Source of the DNA: an uncultured virus (IMG/VR IMGVR_UViG_2541047342_000013)
Taxonomy: Duplodnaviria; Heunggongvirae; Uroviricota; Caudoviricetes
Length of the DNA stretch: 20,000 bases
Strand: one strand, 5' to 3'
IMG/VR virus record: IMGVR_UViG_2541047342_000013
In this document: in pieces, positions 1 to 6,850 of the stretch
Layout: each line of letters opens with the position of its first letter
How positions within the stretch are numbered: the first letter of the stretch is position 1
Notes under the pieces: generated by a model
The model's input: only the letters and a program-made list of their open reading frames with translations
Told to the model about the DNA's origin: nothing
The model's database searches: none
Made by a program: the position numbers and the translations under genes

Positions 1-1
1 T

Positions 2-280
2 TTTTTAAAGAAATATAATCTAGATAAAAACAAACAAATAGAAATGTTAAATTGTTTAACAAAAGAAGATTTTTCAAAATCAGAAGAACATAGAAATCAC
101 GAAGGTAGAATATTGTATTTCTTTGGAAAAAAATATGAATTGACAAATATAGATGGATTAAGAGAAGAAGTGGAGTTATACATAAAATTTTACATTGCAG
201 AAAAGAAAAGAACAAAAGAAGATTTCACGATAATAATATCTTTTCATCCTGCAAAGTATTCAATTAAATACTATATGTAG
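2..280 (+). CDS. MqsR-like (RelE superfamily) type II toxin, 5'-partial
   Basis: Frame is open from the window edge (FLKKYNLDKNKQIEM...). C-terminal 'LYIKF...IIISFH' resembles MqsR-family RNases. Lies directly upstream of an MqsA-like/Panacea antitoxin. Confidence 0.7.
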   Translation, partial: FLKKYNLDKNKQIEMLNCLTKEDFSKSEEHRNHEGRILYFFGKKYELTNIDGLREEVELYIKFYIAEKKRTKEDFTIIISFHPAKYSIKYYM

Positions 281-384
281 CCTATTAAATAAAAAAAATT
301 CACATTATTTTAGCATATGAGATACATAAAAAATATATCTTTTTTATGCAAATTAAATAAGAAGGAAAACTTGGAGGGGAAACC

Positions 385-1398
385 ATGAAAAATATGAGAA
401 CTGATAATAATAAAGTATTTTGTGAATTTTGTCTAGATGATGTAAACTATACAATTAAAATTAAAGAAGAAATTGATACTGTTAGAGGCAAAGAAATAAA
501 ATACATGAAGAAAGAAGCGTTTTGTGAAGAATGTGGAAACTATGTATATATTCATGAGCTTAATGATGAAAACTTAAAATCATTATATACTAAAATTAGA
601 GAAATGGATAACATTATAACTGTAGATGAAATTGAACTTTTATTAGAAAAATATAACATAGGTAAAAAACCTCTTTCCTCATTATTAGGATGGGGAGAGG
701 GGACTATAACAAGATATTTAAAAGGAGATATTCCAACAAAACCATATTCCGATAAATTGAGATTAATACTTGATGATACAAATGAAATGAAAAAGATATT
801 GGAGGAAAATAAAAATAATATAAAAGATATTGCATATAAAAAATGTAGAGAAGCTATTCTAGAAATAGAAGAAAAAAACACTTTTTTTAAAAATGATAAG
901 ATAGGTGTTGTTGCCGAATATATAATATCAAAATGTGAAGAGATAACACCTCTAGCTTTACAAAAACTATTATACTATTCACAAGCATTTACTAGATTAT
1001 TTACTAATAATAATTTATTTGATGATGATTGTGAAGCATGGGTTCACGGGCCGGTATACAGAAATGTATATGAGAAATATAGAGATTTTGGAAGAAACCA
1101 AATAGAGTATGAAAACAATATAATTTCATTGGATAATGATATGGAAGAAAAGATTGTTGATGCCGTGATTAAATACTTTGGATGCTATAGTGGAAAAATG
1201 TTAGAAAGAATGACACATGAGGAAAAACCTTGGGTCATTAATAGACAAGGATTAGGAAAATATGAATCTTCTAGTAATGTTATAGAAAAAGAAGTTATTG
1301 ATGAATACTTTAATAATATAAAATCTAAGTATAGTATAATAAATATATCTGATATAAATGACTATAGTTCTGATTTATTTAAAAAGATTCAAAGTTAA
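385..1398 (+). CDS. MqsA-like zinc finger + HTH + Panacea (DUF4065/SocA) antitoxin
   Basis: RBS GGAGGGG; CEFC...CEEC zinc finger; HTH 'LSSLLGWGEGTITRYLKG'; Panacea motifs 'LALQKLLYY', 'EAWVHGPV', 'THEEKPW'. Confidence 0.88.
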   Translation: MKNMRTDNNKVFCEFCLDDVNYTIKIKEEIDTVRGKEIKYMKKEAFCEECGNYVYIHELNDENLKSLYTKIREMDNIITVDEIELLLEKYNIGKKPLSSLLGWGEGTITRYLKGDIPTKPYSDKLRLILDDTNEMKKILEENKNNIKDIAYKKCREAILEIEEKNTFFKNDKIGVVAEYIISKCEEITPLALQKLLYYSQAFTRLFTNNNLFDDDCEAWVHGPVYRNVYEKYRDFGRNQIEYENNIISLDNDMEEKIVDAVIKYFGCYSGKMLERMTHEEKPWVINRQGLGKYESSSNVIEKEVIDEYFNNIKSKYSIINISDINDYSSDLFKKIQS

Positions 1399-1426
1399 TA
1401 GTGGATATAGTATAAATATCAATGAA

Positions 1427-1455
1427 AAAAGATTCTATAATTAGAATGCTTTTTA
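1427..1455 (+). terminator. Probable intrinsic terminator after the antitoxin gene (TAAT loop)
   Basis: AAAAG-ATTCTA-TAAT-TAGAAT-G-CTTTTT hairpin with T tract. Confidence 0.55.
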
Positions 1456-1483
1456 TTTCTCTGTATTGTCAACTATGACAATA

Positions 1484-1513
1484 TTGACTATTGTGACCAT
1501 ATTAGGGTATAAT
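1484..1513 (+). promoter_or_regulatory. SigA promoter of antitoxin RNA 1
   Basis: TTGACT-18 bp-TATAAT, conserved in the second copy. Confidence 0.75.
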
Positions 1514-1519
1514 AGTAAT

Positions 1520-1642
1520 ATAATAAAGACATAAAAAAAGAGACTACAACTATTTGTGCTAGGGTGTCTCTTCATAAATAAGCGAAGTGTTAATTAGAGG
1601 AAGAATCACCCGAATGGCAGTTCAGGTGATTCTTAATTTTTT
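1520..1642 (+). ncRNA. Type I antitoxin antisense RNA 1 (ends approximate)
   Basis: Promoter at 1484-1513; terminator AAGAATCACC(1601-1610)/GGTGATTCTT(1625-1634) followed by AATTTTTT; overlaps the 3' part of the convergent toxin ORF. Confidence 0.75.
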
Positions 1643-1769
1643 GCAACGTTTTCTTAAACTCATCTATTTCTTTAAAAAGTCTATTCAAATTCTGAACCAA
1701 CTTAATCAAACTGATTATTATAGTTGAAAGAAATGTTATTATCGTTAGCAAACAAATTAAATATTTCAT
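1590..1769 (-). CDS. Type I toxin 1, 59 aa (MKYLICLLTIITFLSTIIISLIKLVQNLNRLFKEIDEFKKTLQKIKNHLNCHSGDSSSN)
   Basis: Translated by hand (below the ORF-track cutoff). RBS GGAGGTG; N-terminal hydrophobic helix with a charged tail; own promoter; convergent sRNA. Confidence 0.82.
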   Translation of the reverse strand: MKYLICLLTIITFLSTIIISLIKLVQNLNRLFKEIDEFKKTLQKIKNHLNCHSGDSSSN

Positions 1770-1861
1770 AATATCATATCACCTCCCATCTTGATATGAC
1801 ATGGAAGGCTTATGTAAATGAAGATTCACCCTAATAGTTTTTTTATGTAGTCTCTAAAAAT

Positions 1862-1890
1862 ATTATACCATAAATTACCAATATGTTAAA
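1862..1890 (-). promoter_or_regulatory. Extended -10 promoter of toxin 1
   Basis: Minus strand TTTAAC-17 bp-TATAAT with TGn extension; predicted start near 1855; conserved in the second copy. Confidence 0.7.
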
Positions 1891-1993
1891 TTTAATATTA
1901 TATTGTCTACAATTGTAAAAGAATATTGTGTTCTAAGAAGTTATTCTATTAATAATATAGCTTTTTTATTTTTCAATGAAGATAATGACAACA

Positions 1994-2023
1994 TTGACTA
2001 TTTTGATAATATTGGAGTATAAT
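1994..2023 (+). promoter_or_regulatory. SigA promoter of antitoxin RNA 2
   Basis: TTGACT-18 bp-TATAAT. Confidence 0.75.
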
Positions 2024-2029
2024 AGTAAT

Positions 2030-2183
2030 ATAAATGATATAAATTTATATCATAGGGACATAAAAAAGAGACTACAAACTATTTGCTGTAGGGTGTAGTT
2101 CTTAAAGTTAACAATAAAAAGAATAGATTTATGTATTACTTTCAGAATCACTAGACCCGCCAGTCTGGTGATTCTTTAGTTTC
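2030..2183 (+). ncRNA. Type I antitoxin antisense RNA 2 (ends approximate)
   Basis: Promoter at 1994-2023; terminator AGAATCACTAGAC(2144-2156)/GTCTGGTGATTCT(2163-2175) followed by TTAGTTT; overlaps the 3' end of toxin 2. Confidence 0.75.
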
Positions 2184-2290
2184 CTAATAGATGCTTTCAA
2201 GTTTAAGATTGCATCTATTAGCTTTGTCAAATGATTGATTATTCTTGTAATCATAATTATCATTATTAAAAACAAAACTAAGTACTCCAT
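2129..2290 (-). CDS. Type I toxin 2, 53 aa (MEYLVLFLIMIIMITRIINHLTKLIDAILNLKASIRKLKNHQTGGSSDSESNT)
   Basis: Translated by hand. RBS GAAAGGGGGTG; hydrophobic N-terminus; same KNH...DS tail as toxin 1, encoded across the antitoxin terminator. Confidence 0.82.
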   Translation of the reverse strand: MEYLVLFLIMIIMITRIINHLTKLIDAILNLKASIRKLKNHQTGGSSDSESNT

Positions 2291-2368
2291 AGTCTCACCC
2301 CCTTTCTTACTGGGGATTTTAACTAAAGAGCCATCACCCTAATAGTCTAAACTGTAGTCTCTAAAAAT

Positions 2369-2397
2369 ATTATACCATATTTTTCCATAATGTTAAA
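2369..2397 (-). promoter_or_regulatory. Extended -10 promoter of toxin 2
   Basis: Minus strand TTTAAC-17 bp-TATAAT with TGn extension; paralogous to 1862-1890. Confidence 0.7.
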
Positions 2398-2409
2398 TTT
2401 AATATTATA

Positions 2410-2439
2410 TTGACGACAGGAGTAGAATAAAGATATAAT
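2410..2439 (+). promoter_or_regulatory. SigA-like promoter
   Basis: TTGACG-18 bp-TATAAT. Confidence 0.6.
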
Positions 2440-2490
2440 ACAGGTAACAGAAAATTTAAAAATTTTACACAAGAATTACTACTTATCTAT

Positions 2491-2516
2491 GCCACCTTAA
2501 ACAAGTGGCTTTTTTC
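2491..2516 (+). terminator. Intrinsic terminator about 70 nt downstream of the 2410 promoter
   Basis: GCCAC-CTTAAACAA-GTGGC-TTTTTT. Confidence 0.65.
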
Positions 2517-2549
2517 ATACTCTGGTATCTATTTAAGGAGGTGTTACAA

Positions 2550-2705
2550 ATGATAAATAATATAGAAGATTGTAAGCTTCTTATTGAGACAGAAATAAGA
2601 ATGAAAGGTATAGATGAAAAAGAACTAATATCTCAAAACGAAATTCTGAAAGACCTAAATATTAATGAAAAAGACCTTGAAGATATTGAAGTGAATTTTG
2701 AATAA
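2550..2705 (+). CDS. 51-aa acidic protein resembling the C-terminal toxin-binding half of Firmicute Phd/YefM-type antitoxins
   Basis: Strong RBS AAGGAGGTG before ATG 2550 (better than the track start at 2505). Sequence MINNIEDCKLLIETEIRMKGIDEKELISQNEILKDLNINEKDLEDIEVNFE. Family resemblance recalled by eye only. Confidence 0.6.
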   Translation: MINNIEDCKLLIETEIRMKGIDEKELISQNEILKDLNINEKDLEDIEVNFE

Positions 2706-2785
2706 TGAAATGATTTATAATATACCTATTTAAAACATGTATTAATTGATATCAGTAATAGTGATTTTTTATTTATTGAATCTGT

Positions 2786-2813
2786 TTTACAAAAAACGTA
2801 TTTATGATATAAT
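2786..2813 (+). promoter_or_regulatory. Extended -10 promoter of a putative orphan antitoxin RNA
   Basis: TTTACA-16 bp-TATAAT with TGn extension. Confidence 0.65.
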
Positions 2814-2819
2814 AAAAGT

Positions 2820-2924
2820 AAGGAATTTAATCTACTTAATACAAAGAGTGATTGTTTCCTTAAAGTTAATTAAAAAATCAATTTATCTTTTGAAACCACT
2901 CTTATTGGCGTTTGAGTGTTTTTT
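2820..2924 (+). ncRNA. Putative type I antitoxin RNA 3 (orphan; ends approximate)
   Basis: Promoter at 2786-2813; hairpin CACTC(2897-2901)/GAGTG(2914-2918) followed by T6; antisense to a decayed toxin ORF. Confidence 0.6.
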
Positions 2925-2971
2925 GCTTTATCATATATGTAACAAGCTATTAAACTTGTTGCAATATTTAG
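2883..2971 (-). pseudogene. Remnant of a short type I toxin (LNIATSLIACYIYDKAKN / HSNANKSGFKR*)
   Basis: No start codon or RBS (an in-frame TAA lies upstream). Restoring one base at about 2918-2924 gives ...YIYDKAKNHSNANKSGFKR*, the pattern of ~35-aa C. difficile prophage type I toxins. Confidence 0.65.
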
Positions 2972-2987
2972 ATTAATAAAATATTTT

Positions 2988-3013
2988 AGCTCATCTTAAT
3001 TGATGGGCTTTTC
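2988..3013 (+). terminator. Hairpin with TTAATT loop before the tail gene RBS
   Basis: AGCTCATC-TTAATT-GATGGGCT-TTT. Confidence 0.6.
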
Positions 3014-3036
3014 TAATACAAAGAAGGTGATAAAAT

Positions 3037-4752
3037 ATGCATTTTAATGTGAATCTTAAACAGATAAAATCTGATTACACATTAACCATTCACAAGATGA
3101 ACAAATCATTTTTAGGTCAAATCCCAATCAACTTTTTAAATTCTATAAAGCGTGAGCTTGGTGGAGTAGATGAAATACAACTGACCATTCCAAAATATAT
3201 TACAGATAGATTTTTATTTAATAAAATAATAAATCCCATTTTTGAAGAAGTAAAAGAAGAACGTCTTATTTGTCTTAATAATAAAGAATATTTTGTAGTT
3301 AAGAATGTTGTGACTACAGACGATAAATTAAAAGTAGTAACAGCTAAATCTAAAGAAGTTAAACTAGGAAAAATTGATGTGAATATTGAGGACTATGGAT
3401 TACAGATGTTTACCAAAGATGAAGAAGCATCTATTATATCTCTTAATGATTATTTAAAACAAGAGACAGGCTGGAAACTTGGTTATGTGGATGATTCAAT
3501 TGCTTATGAAACTGATAGTGAAGGTAATAAGAGAGAAAAAGTAAGATGGCAAGAGAGTATTAATTCTAATTGGTTAGATTATTTCAATAATGAACTAAAA
3601 GAACAATTTGAGTGTATAGCTGATTTTGACACTTATAATAATTTAGTTAATTTGTATCATATAGACAGTTTTGGAGATAACATTCAGTTATATTTATCTC
3701 ATGATAACTACATAAAATCACTTGAAAGAACTACAAATAGTGATGATATAGTAACTAGACTGAAGCTTGAAGGTAGTGAAGATATGAATGTAATAGGAGC
3801 TACAGTTACAGGATATGATTACATTGAGAATTATTCTTATTTCTTAGACAATAAAGAAATGAGTGAAGAACTTAGTAAAGCTATAAAGAAATATCAAGAA
3901 ATGAATGAAATAAGAGAGCCAATTTGGAGAGAATTAATAGATACAAAGCTTAAGAAACAAAGAGAACGTGATAGTAAAAGCAACGAATGGCAAATGGTAA
4001 TAGAAATGATAAGTAAGAAAAAAGATATAAAAAAGACATATGATAATCCACAACATAAAGATGAAGTAAATTCAGCTAAAATAGCAGTAGAGATAAGTGA
4101 ACTAGAAGATAAAAAAGTAATATTGGATGTTCAAATAAAACATTTAGAAGAAGAAATAGCTAAGTTAAATGAAAGTATAAAAGATATAAATATTCTTTGT
4201 AAGAGGGAGACTTCAACTGATGAGGATGGATATTTAATATTTAATGAGGTTCTATTAGATGAATTAAATGAGTTCCTCTACTATGACACTTATACAAATG
4301 ATGCTTTTTTAAAAGTTGAAGATTTAATAGCAGAAGGTAAAAGGCAATTAAGTTTGAAATGTATTCCAACACGAGAATGGACTCTGGATGTTATAAACTT
4401 CTTAGATAGAATTATAGATATTAATTTTAGACAACATTGGAAGGGAGATTTAAGTCTGGGAGATATTATAGTGTTACATAGCAAAGAATCTAAAGAAGAA
4501 GAATTAGTATATTTTACATCTTTTACCCAGAATTTAAAAAATGGAAAATTAGATACTTTAGAATTAACTTTAAGTAATAAAAAAATAAAAGAAGATGACA
4601 AAAGGACTATAGCTGATTATTTAACTAAAGCTGAACATGCAACGAGAACATTAAACTCTAAAAGACATTTATTCATTCAGCAACAGAAGAAAAGAATTAA
4701 CCTACCAGATGAATATATTCCTAAGAAAAATATACAAAAGGAGCTGATGTAA
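3037..4752 (+). CDS. Phage tail tip/spike (Tal-like, prophage endopeptidase-tail family) protein
   Basis: RBS AAGAAGGTG; motifs 'YIKSLERTTNSDDIVTRLKLEG', 'GYDYIENYSYF', 'LSLGDII'; position in the tail module. Confidence 0.8.
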   Translation: MHFNVNLKQIKSDYTLTIHKMNKSFLGQIPINFLNSIKRELGGVDEIQLTIPKYITDRFLFNKIINPIFEEVKEERLICLNNKEYFVVKNVVTTDDKLKVVTAKSKEVKLGKIDVNIEDYGLQMFTKDEEASIISLNDYLKQETGWKLGYVDDSIAYETDSEGNKREKVRWQESINSNWLDYFNNELKEQFECIADFDTYNNLVNLYHIDSFGDNIQLYLSHDNYIKSLERTTNSDDIVTRLKLEGSEDMNVIGATVTGYDYIENYSYFLDNKEMSEELSKAIKKYQEMNEIREPIWRELIDTKLKKQRERDSKSNEWQMVIEMISKKKDIKKTYDNPQHKDEVNSAKIAVEISELEDKKVILDVQIKHLEEEIAKLNESIKDINILCKRETSTDEDGYLIFNEVLLDELNEFLYYDTYTNDAFLKVEDLIAEGKRQLSLKCIPTREWTLDVINFLDRIIDINFRQHWKGDLSLGDIIVLHSKESKEEELVYFTSFTQNLKNGKLDTLELTLSNKKIKEDDKRTIADYLTKAEHATRTLNSKRHLFIQQQKKRINLPDEYIPKKNIQKELM

Positions 4753-4753
4753 A

Positions 4754-6682
4754 TTGATATTAGATAATTCACCAGCAGATTCATGGATTAGAATTACTGG
4801 AGTAATTGTTACCTACAATAATACACTTTATCAAGTAGTAGATACAGAGACAAATAAAAAATATATATACTGGGATGCTGATAATCCAGGAACATTAAAA
4901 GTTTCTAATGTAAGATTACCAGAGGGAAACACACAATTTTTAGTAGTTGTAAATGACAATGGAAAACACACAGAAGTTCCTATAAATTCTTCTATTTTTG
5001 ATATTTCATTTGATGGTAATTCAAGAAAAAATACAGAAGAACAGATTTGGGGATTATATGAGACTGATAAAAAGCATAATGAAAAGTTTGTAGTTATTGA
5101 AAAAGATATAGATGGAATACATCAAACAGTTTTAGAAGTACAAGAAGATGCATCTCATATAAAAGAAAATATGTCTCTTATAGACCAAAGAGCTGAAAAT
5201 GTAAATATATTAGTAAAAGAAGTTACTAAAAATTTTGGTCAGTCACAAGAAAATATAACCTTAAGAGAAAATATAAATAAAGCTATAATTAAGTTAAATG
5301 CAGATTTAGGTACATTTAGTTCTAATATGTCTAATTATTTTAATGATAATGAGATTACAGATGAAGAAAAAGAAAAGATTGATATTGAACTTAATTTATT
5401 AGATACAGATAAAGCGAGTTTATATGCAGAGTTACAAAAACTTATTGATAAAACTACTGGAGTAGACTTAGTTGCAATAAACACTTCAAAAACAGCATTG
5501 GATACAGCAAGTACCAATCTAAACTCTATAATCAATTCAGTTATTTCAGATAGTATAATTACACCTTCAGACAGAATTTTAGCTATAAATGCAAATGCTC
5601 AATATAACTTAAAGATAAATGAACTTAAAAATACAGTGGATAGAATTTATATAACAGGTATGGGTGGAAGTATATCAGAAGAATTTTCTCAAATAAATGC
5701 TACAGCTAAAGAGATAAAATTAGAAGTGGCTAGAGTAGATGGTGTGACTAAAACTAATGCTGCTGAAATTAAATTAACCAAAGACGATATAACAATGATA
5801 GTTACAAGAAATGGAAGTGGTTCAATTGTAGGAATTAAACCTGATAAAATTGAATTTGGATTTAATGATATATCAAATTATGTAGAGATAAGCAGGAGTG
5901 GTCTAACAGTAAATCAAGGAGCTATAGCATGTGATATATTAACTACTCCATCTGGCCATGAACCAATAATCAGATTATTTGGAAGTAGCAGGTCTGGATT
6001 TGCAATAGATGCAAGAAGGTCTGATGGTTCTAGTCAAGCATCAGCTATAAGATTAAAATATGATAGCAATAATTATTTTTGGGTAGGATATGATACTGCT
6101 GAGATTTATGTTGATGGAGAAGAACACTTTATTGTTGAAAGAGATGATACTTTTGTAAGATGTGGAGGAGCTACATTTACATTTACAAATGGAGATAGTT
6201 TAGGTATAGGATATTCATTTTATCCAGAGCGTTCATCAACTGATTTAGGTTGTGATGATTATAAATGGAGGTATTTATATTCACGTTCTACTCTAAGTGA
6301 ATCTGACAAAAAGTTTAAAGAGAATATAGTATACATAAAAGATATTAAGAATAGAACTCGTTCAAGTATAACGCCAACACCATTTTTAGATTTTATAAAA
6401 GATGAATTTAAACCAGCAACATTTGATTATATTGTATCAGCAGAAAAAGATAGAACAATTGCAGATAGTCAAATAGGGTTTATAGCTAATGATTTTAAAG
6501 ATAGTTATGTTGGAAAAACATTTCTATATGATTATGGAGAAGAAAATGGATTAATGTTTAGCCCATCTGGTTATACAACTGTTGTAGCAACTGCACTTCA
6601 AGAGGAAATACAAAAAAGAGAAGAATTGGAAATGATAGTTAGTGAATTAAATGAGAAAATTAATAATTTAGGAGGATATTAA
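4754..6682 (+). CDS. Tail fibre/spike with C-terminal intramolecular chaperone (peptidase S74) domain
   Basis: TTG start after AAGGAG; coiled coil, then beta-rich region, then the 'SDKKFKENI...IGFIAND...ALQEEI' autocleavage/chaperone signature from about 6302. Confidence 0.8.
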   Translation: MILDNSPADSWIRITGVIVTYNNTLYQVVDTETNKKYIYWDADNPGTLKVSNVRLPEGNTQFLVVVNDNGKHTEVPINSSIFDISFDGNSRKNTEEQIWGLYETDKKHNEKFVVIEKDIDGIHQTVLEVQEDASHIKENMSLIDQRAENVNILVKEVTKNFGQSQENITLRENINKAIIKLNADLGTFSSNMSNYFNDNEITDEEKEKIDIELNLLDTDKASLYAELQKLIDKTTGVDLVAINTSKTALDTASTNLNSIINSVISDSIITPSDRILAINANAQYNLKINELKNTVDRIYITGMGGSISEEFSQINATAKEIKLEVARVDGVTKTNAAEIKLTKDDITMIVTRNGSGSIVGIKPDKIEFGFNDISNYVEISRSGLTVNQGAIACDILTTPSGHEPIIRLFGSSRSGFAIDARRSDGSSQASAIRLKYDSNNYFWVGYDTAEIYVDGEEHFIVERDDTFVRCGGATFTFTNGDSLGIGYSFYPERSSTDLGCDDYKWRYLYSRSTLSESDKKFKENIVYIKDIKNRTRSSITPTPFLDFIKDEFKPATFDYIVSAEKDRTIADSQIGFIANDFKDSYVGKTFLYDYGEENGLMFSPSGYTTVVATALQEEIQKREELEMIVSELNEKINNLGGY

Positions 6683-6683
6683 T

Positions 6684-6839
6684 ATGGAAGTAAATTTACA
6701 AAAAGCATATACAGTAGCATTTGAAGAGATAAAAAGTTTATATAATGAACTAATACTTTATAAAGCACTTAACATGCAACAACAAGAAGAAATTGAGAAC
6801 TTGAAAAAAGAACTAGAAGAACAAAATAAAGAACAATAG
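6684..6839 (+). CDS. Small coiled-coil phage protein, 51 aa (MEVNLQKAYTVAFEEIKSLYNELILYKALNMQQQEEIENLKKELEEQNKEQ)
   Basis: Not in the ORF track; RBS AGGAGG; fills the gap between neighbouring genes exactly. Confidence 0.8.
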   Translation: MEVNLQKAYTVAFEEIKSLYNELILYKALNMQQQEEIENLKKELEEQNKEQ

Positions 6840-6850
6840 GATGTGATACT

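Larger units (their letters stand above)
1476..2412. repeat. Tandem duplication (~510 bp period) of a type I TA cassette with conserved flanks and divergent core
   Basis: 1476-1523 resembles 1986-2033 (TGACAA.ATTGACTATT...GTATAATAGTAATATAA). 1846-1904 resembles 2353-2412 (TGTAGTCTCTAAAAATATTATACCATA...TGTTAAATTTAATATTATATTG). Confidence 0.9.

Noticed and set aside
2505..2549. Upstream start sites given by the track (2505, and likewise 15757 and 16387)
   Set aside because: They overlap a terminator, the previous gene or the RBS itself; downstream starts (2550, 15805, 16396) have properly spaced SD sequences.
2746..2976. 76-aa + strand ORF from the track
   Set aside because: No RBS; it spans a promoter, sRNA terminator and the antisense toxin remnant, so it is probably a chance frame.
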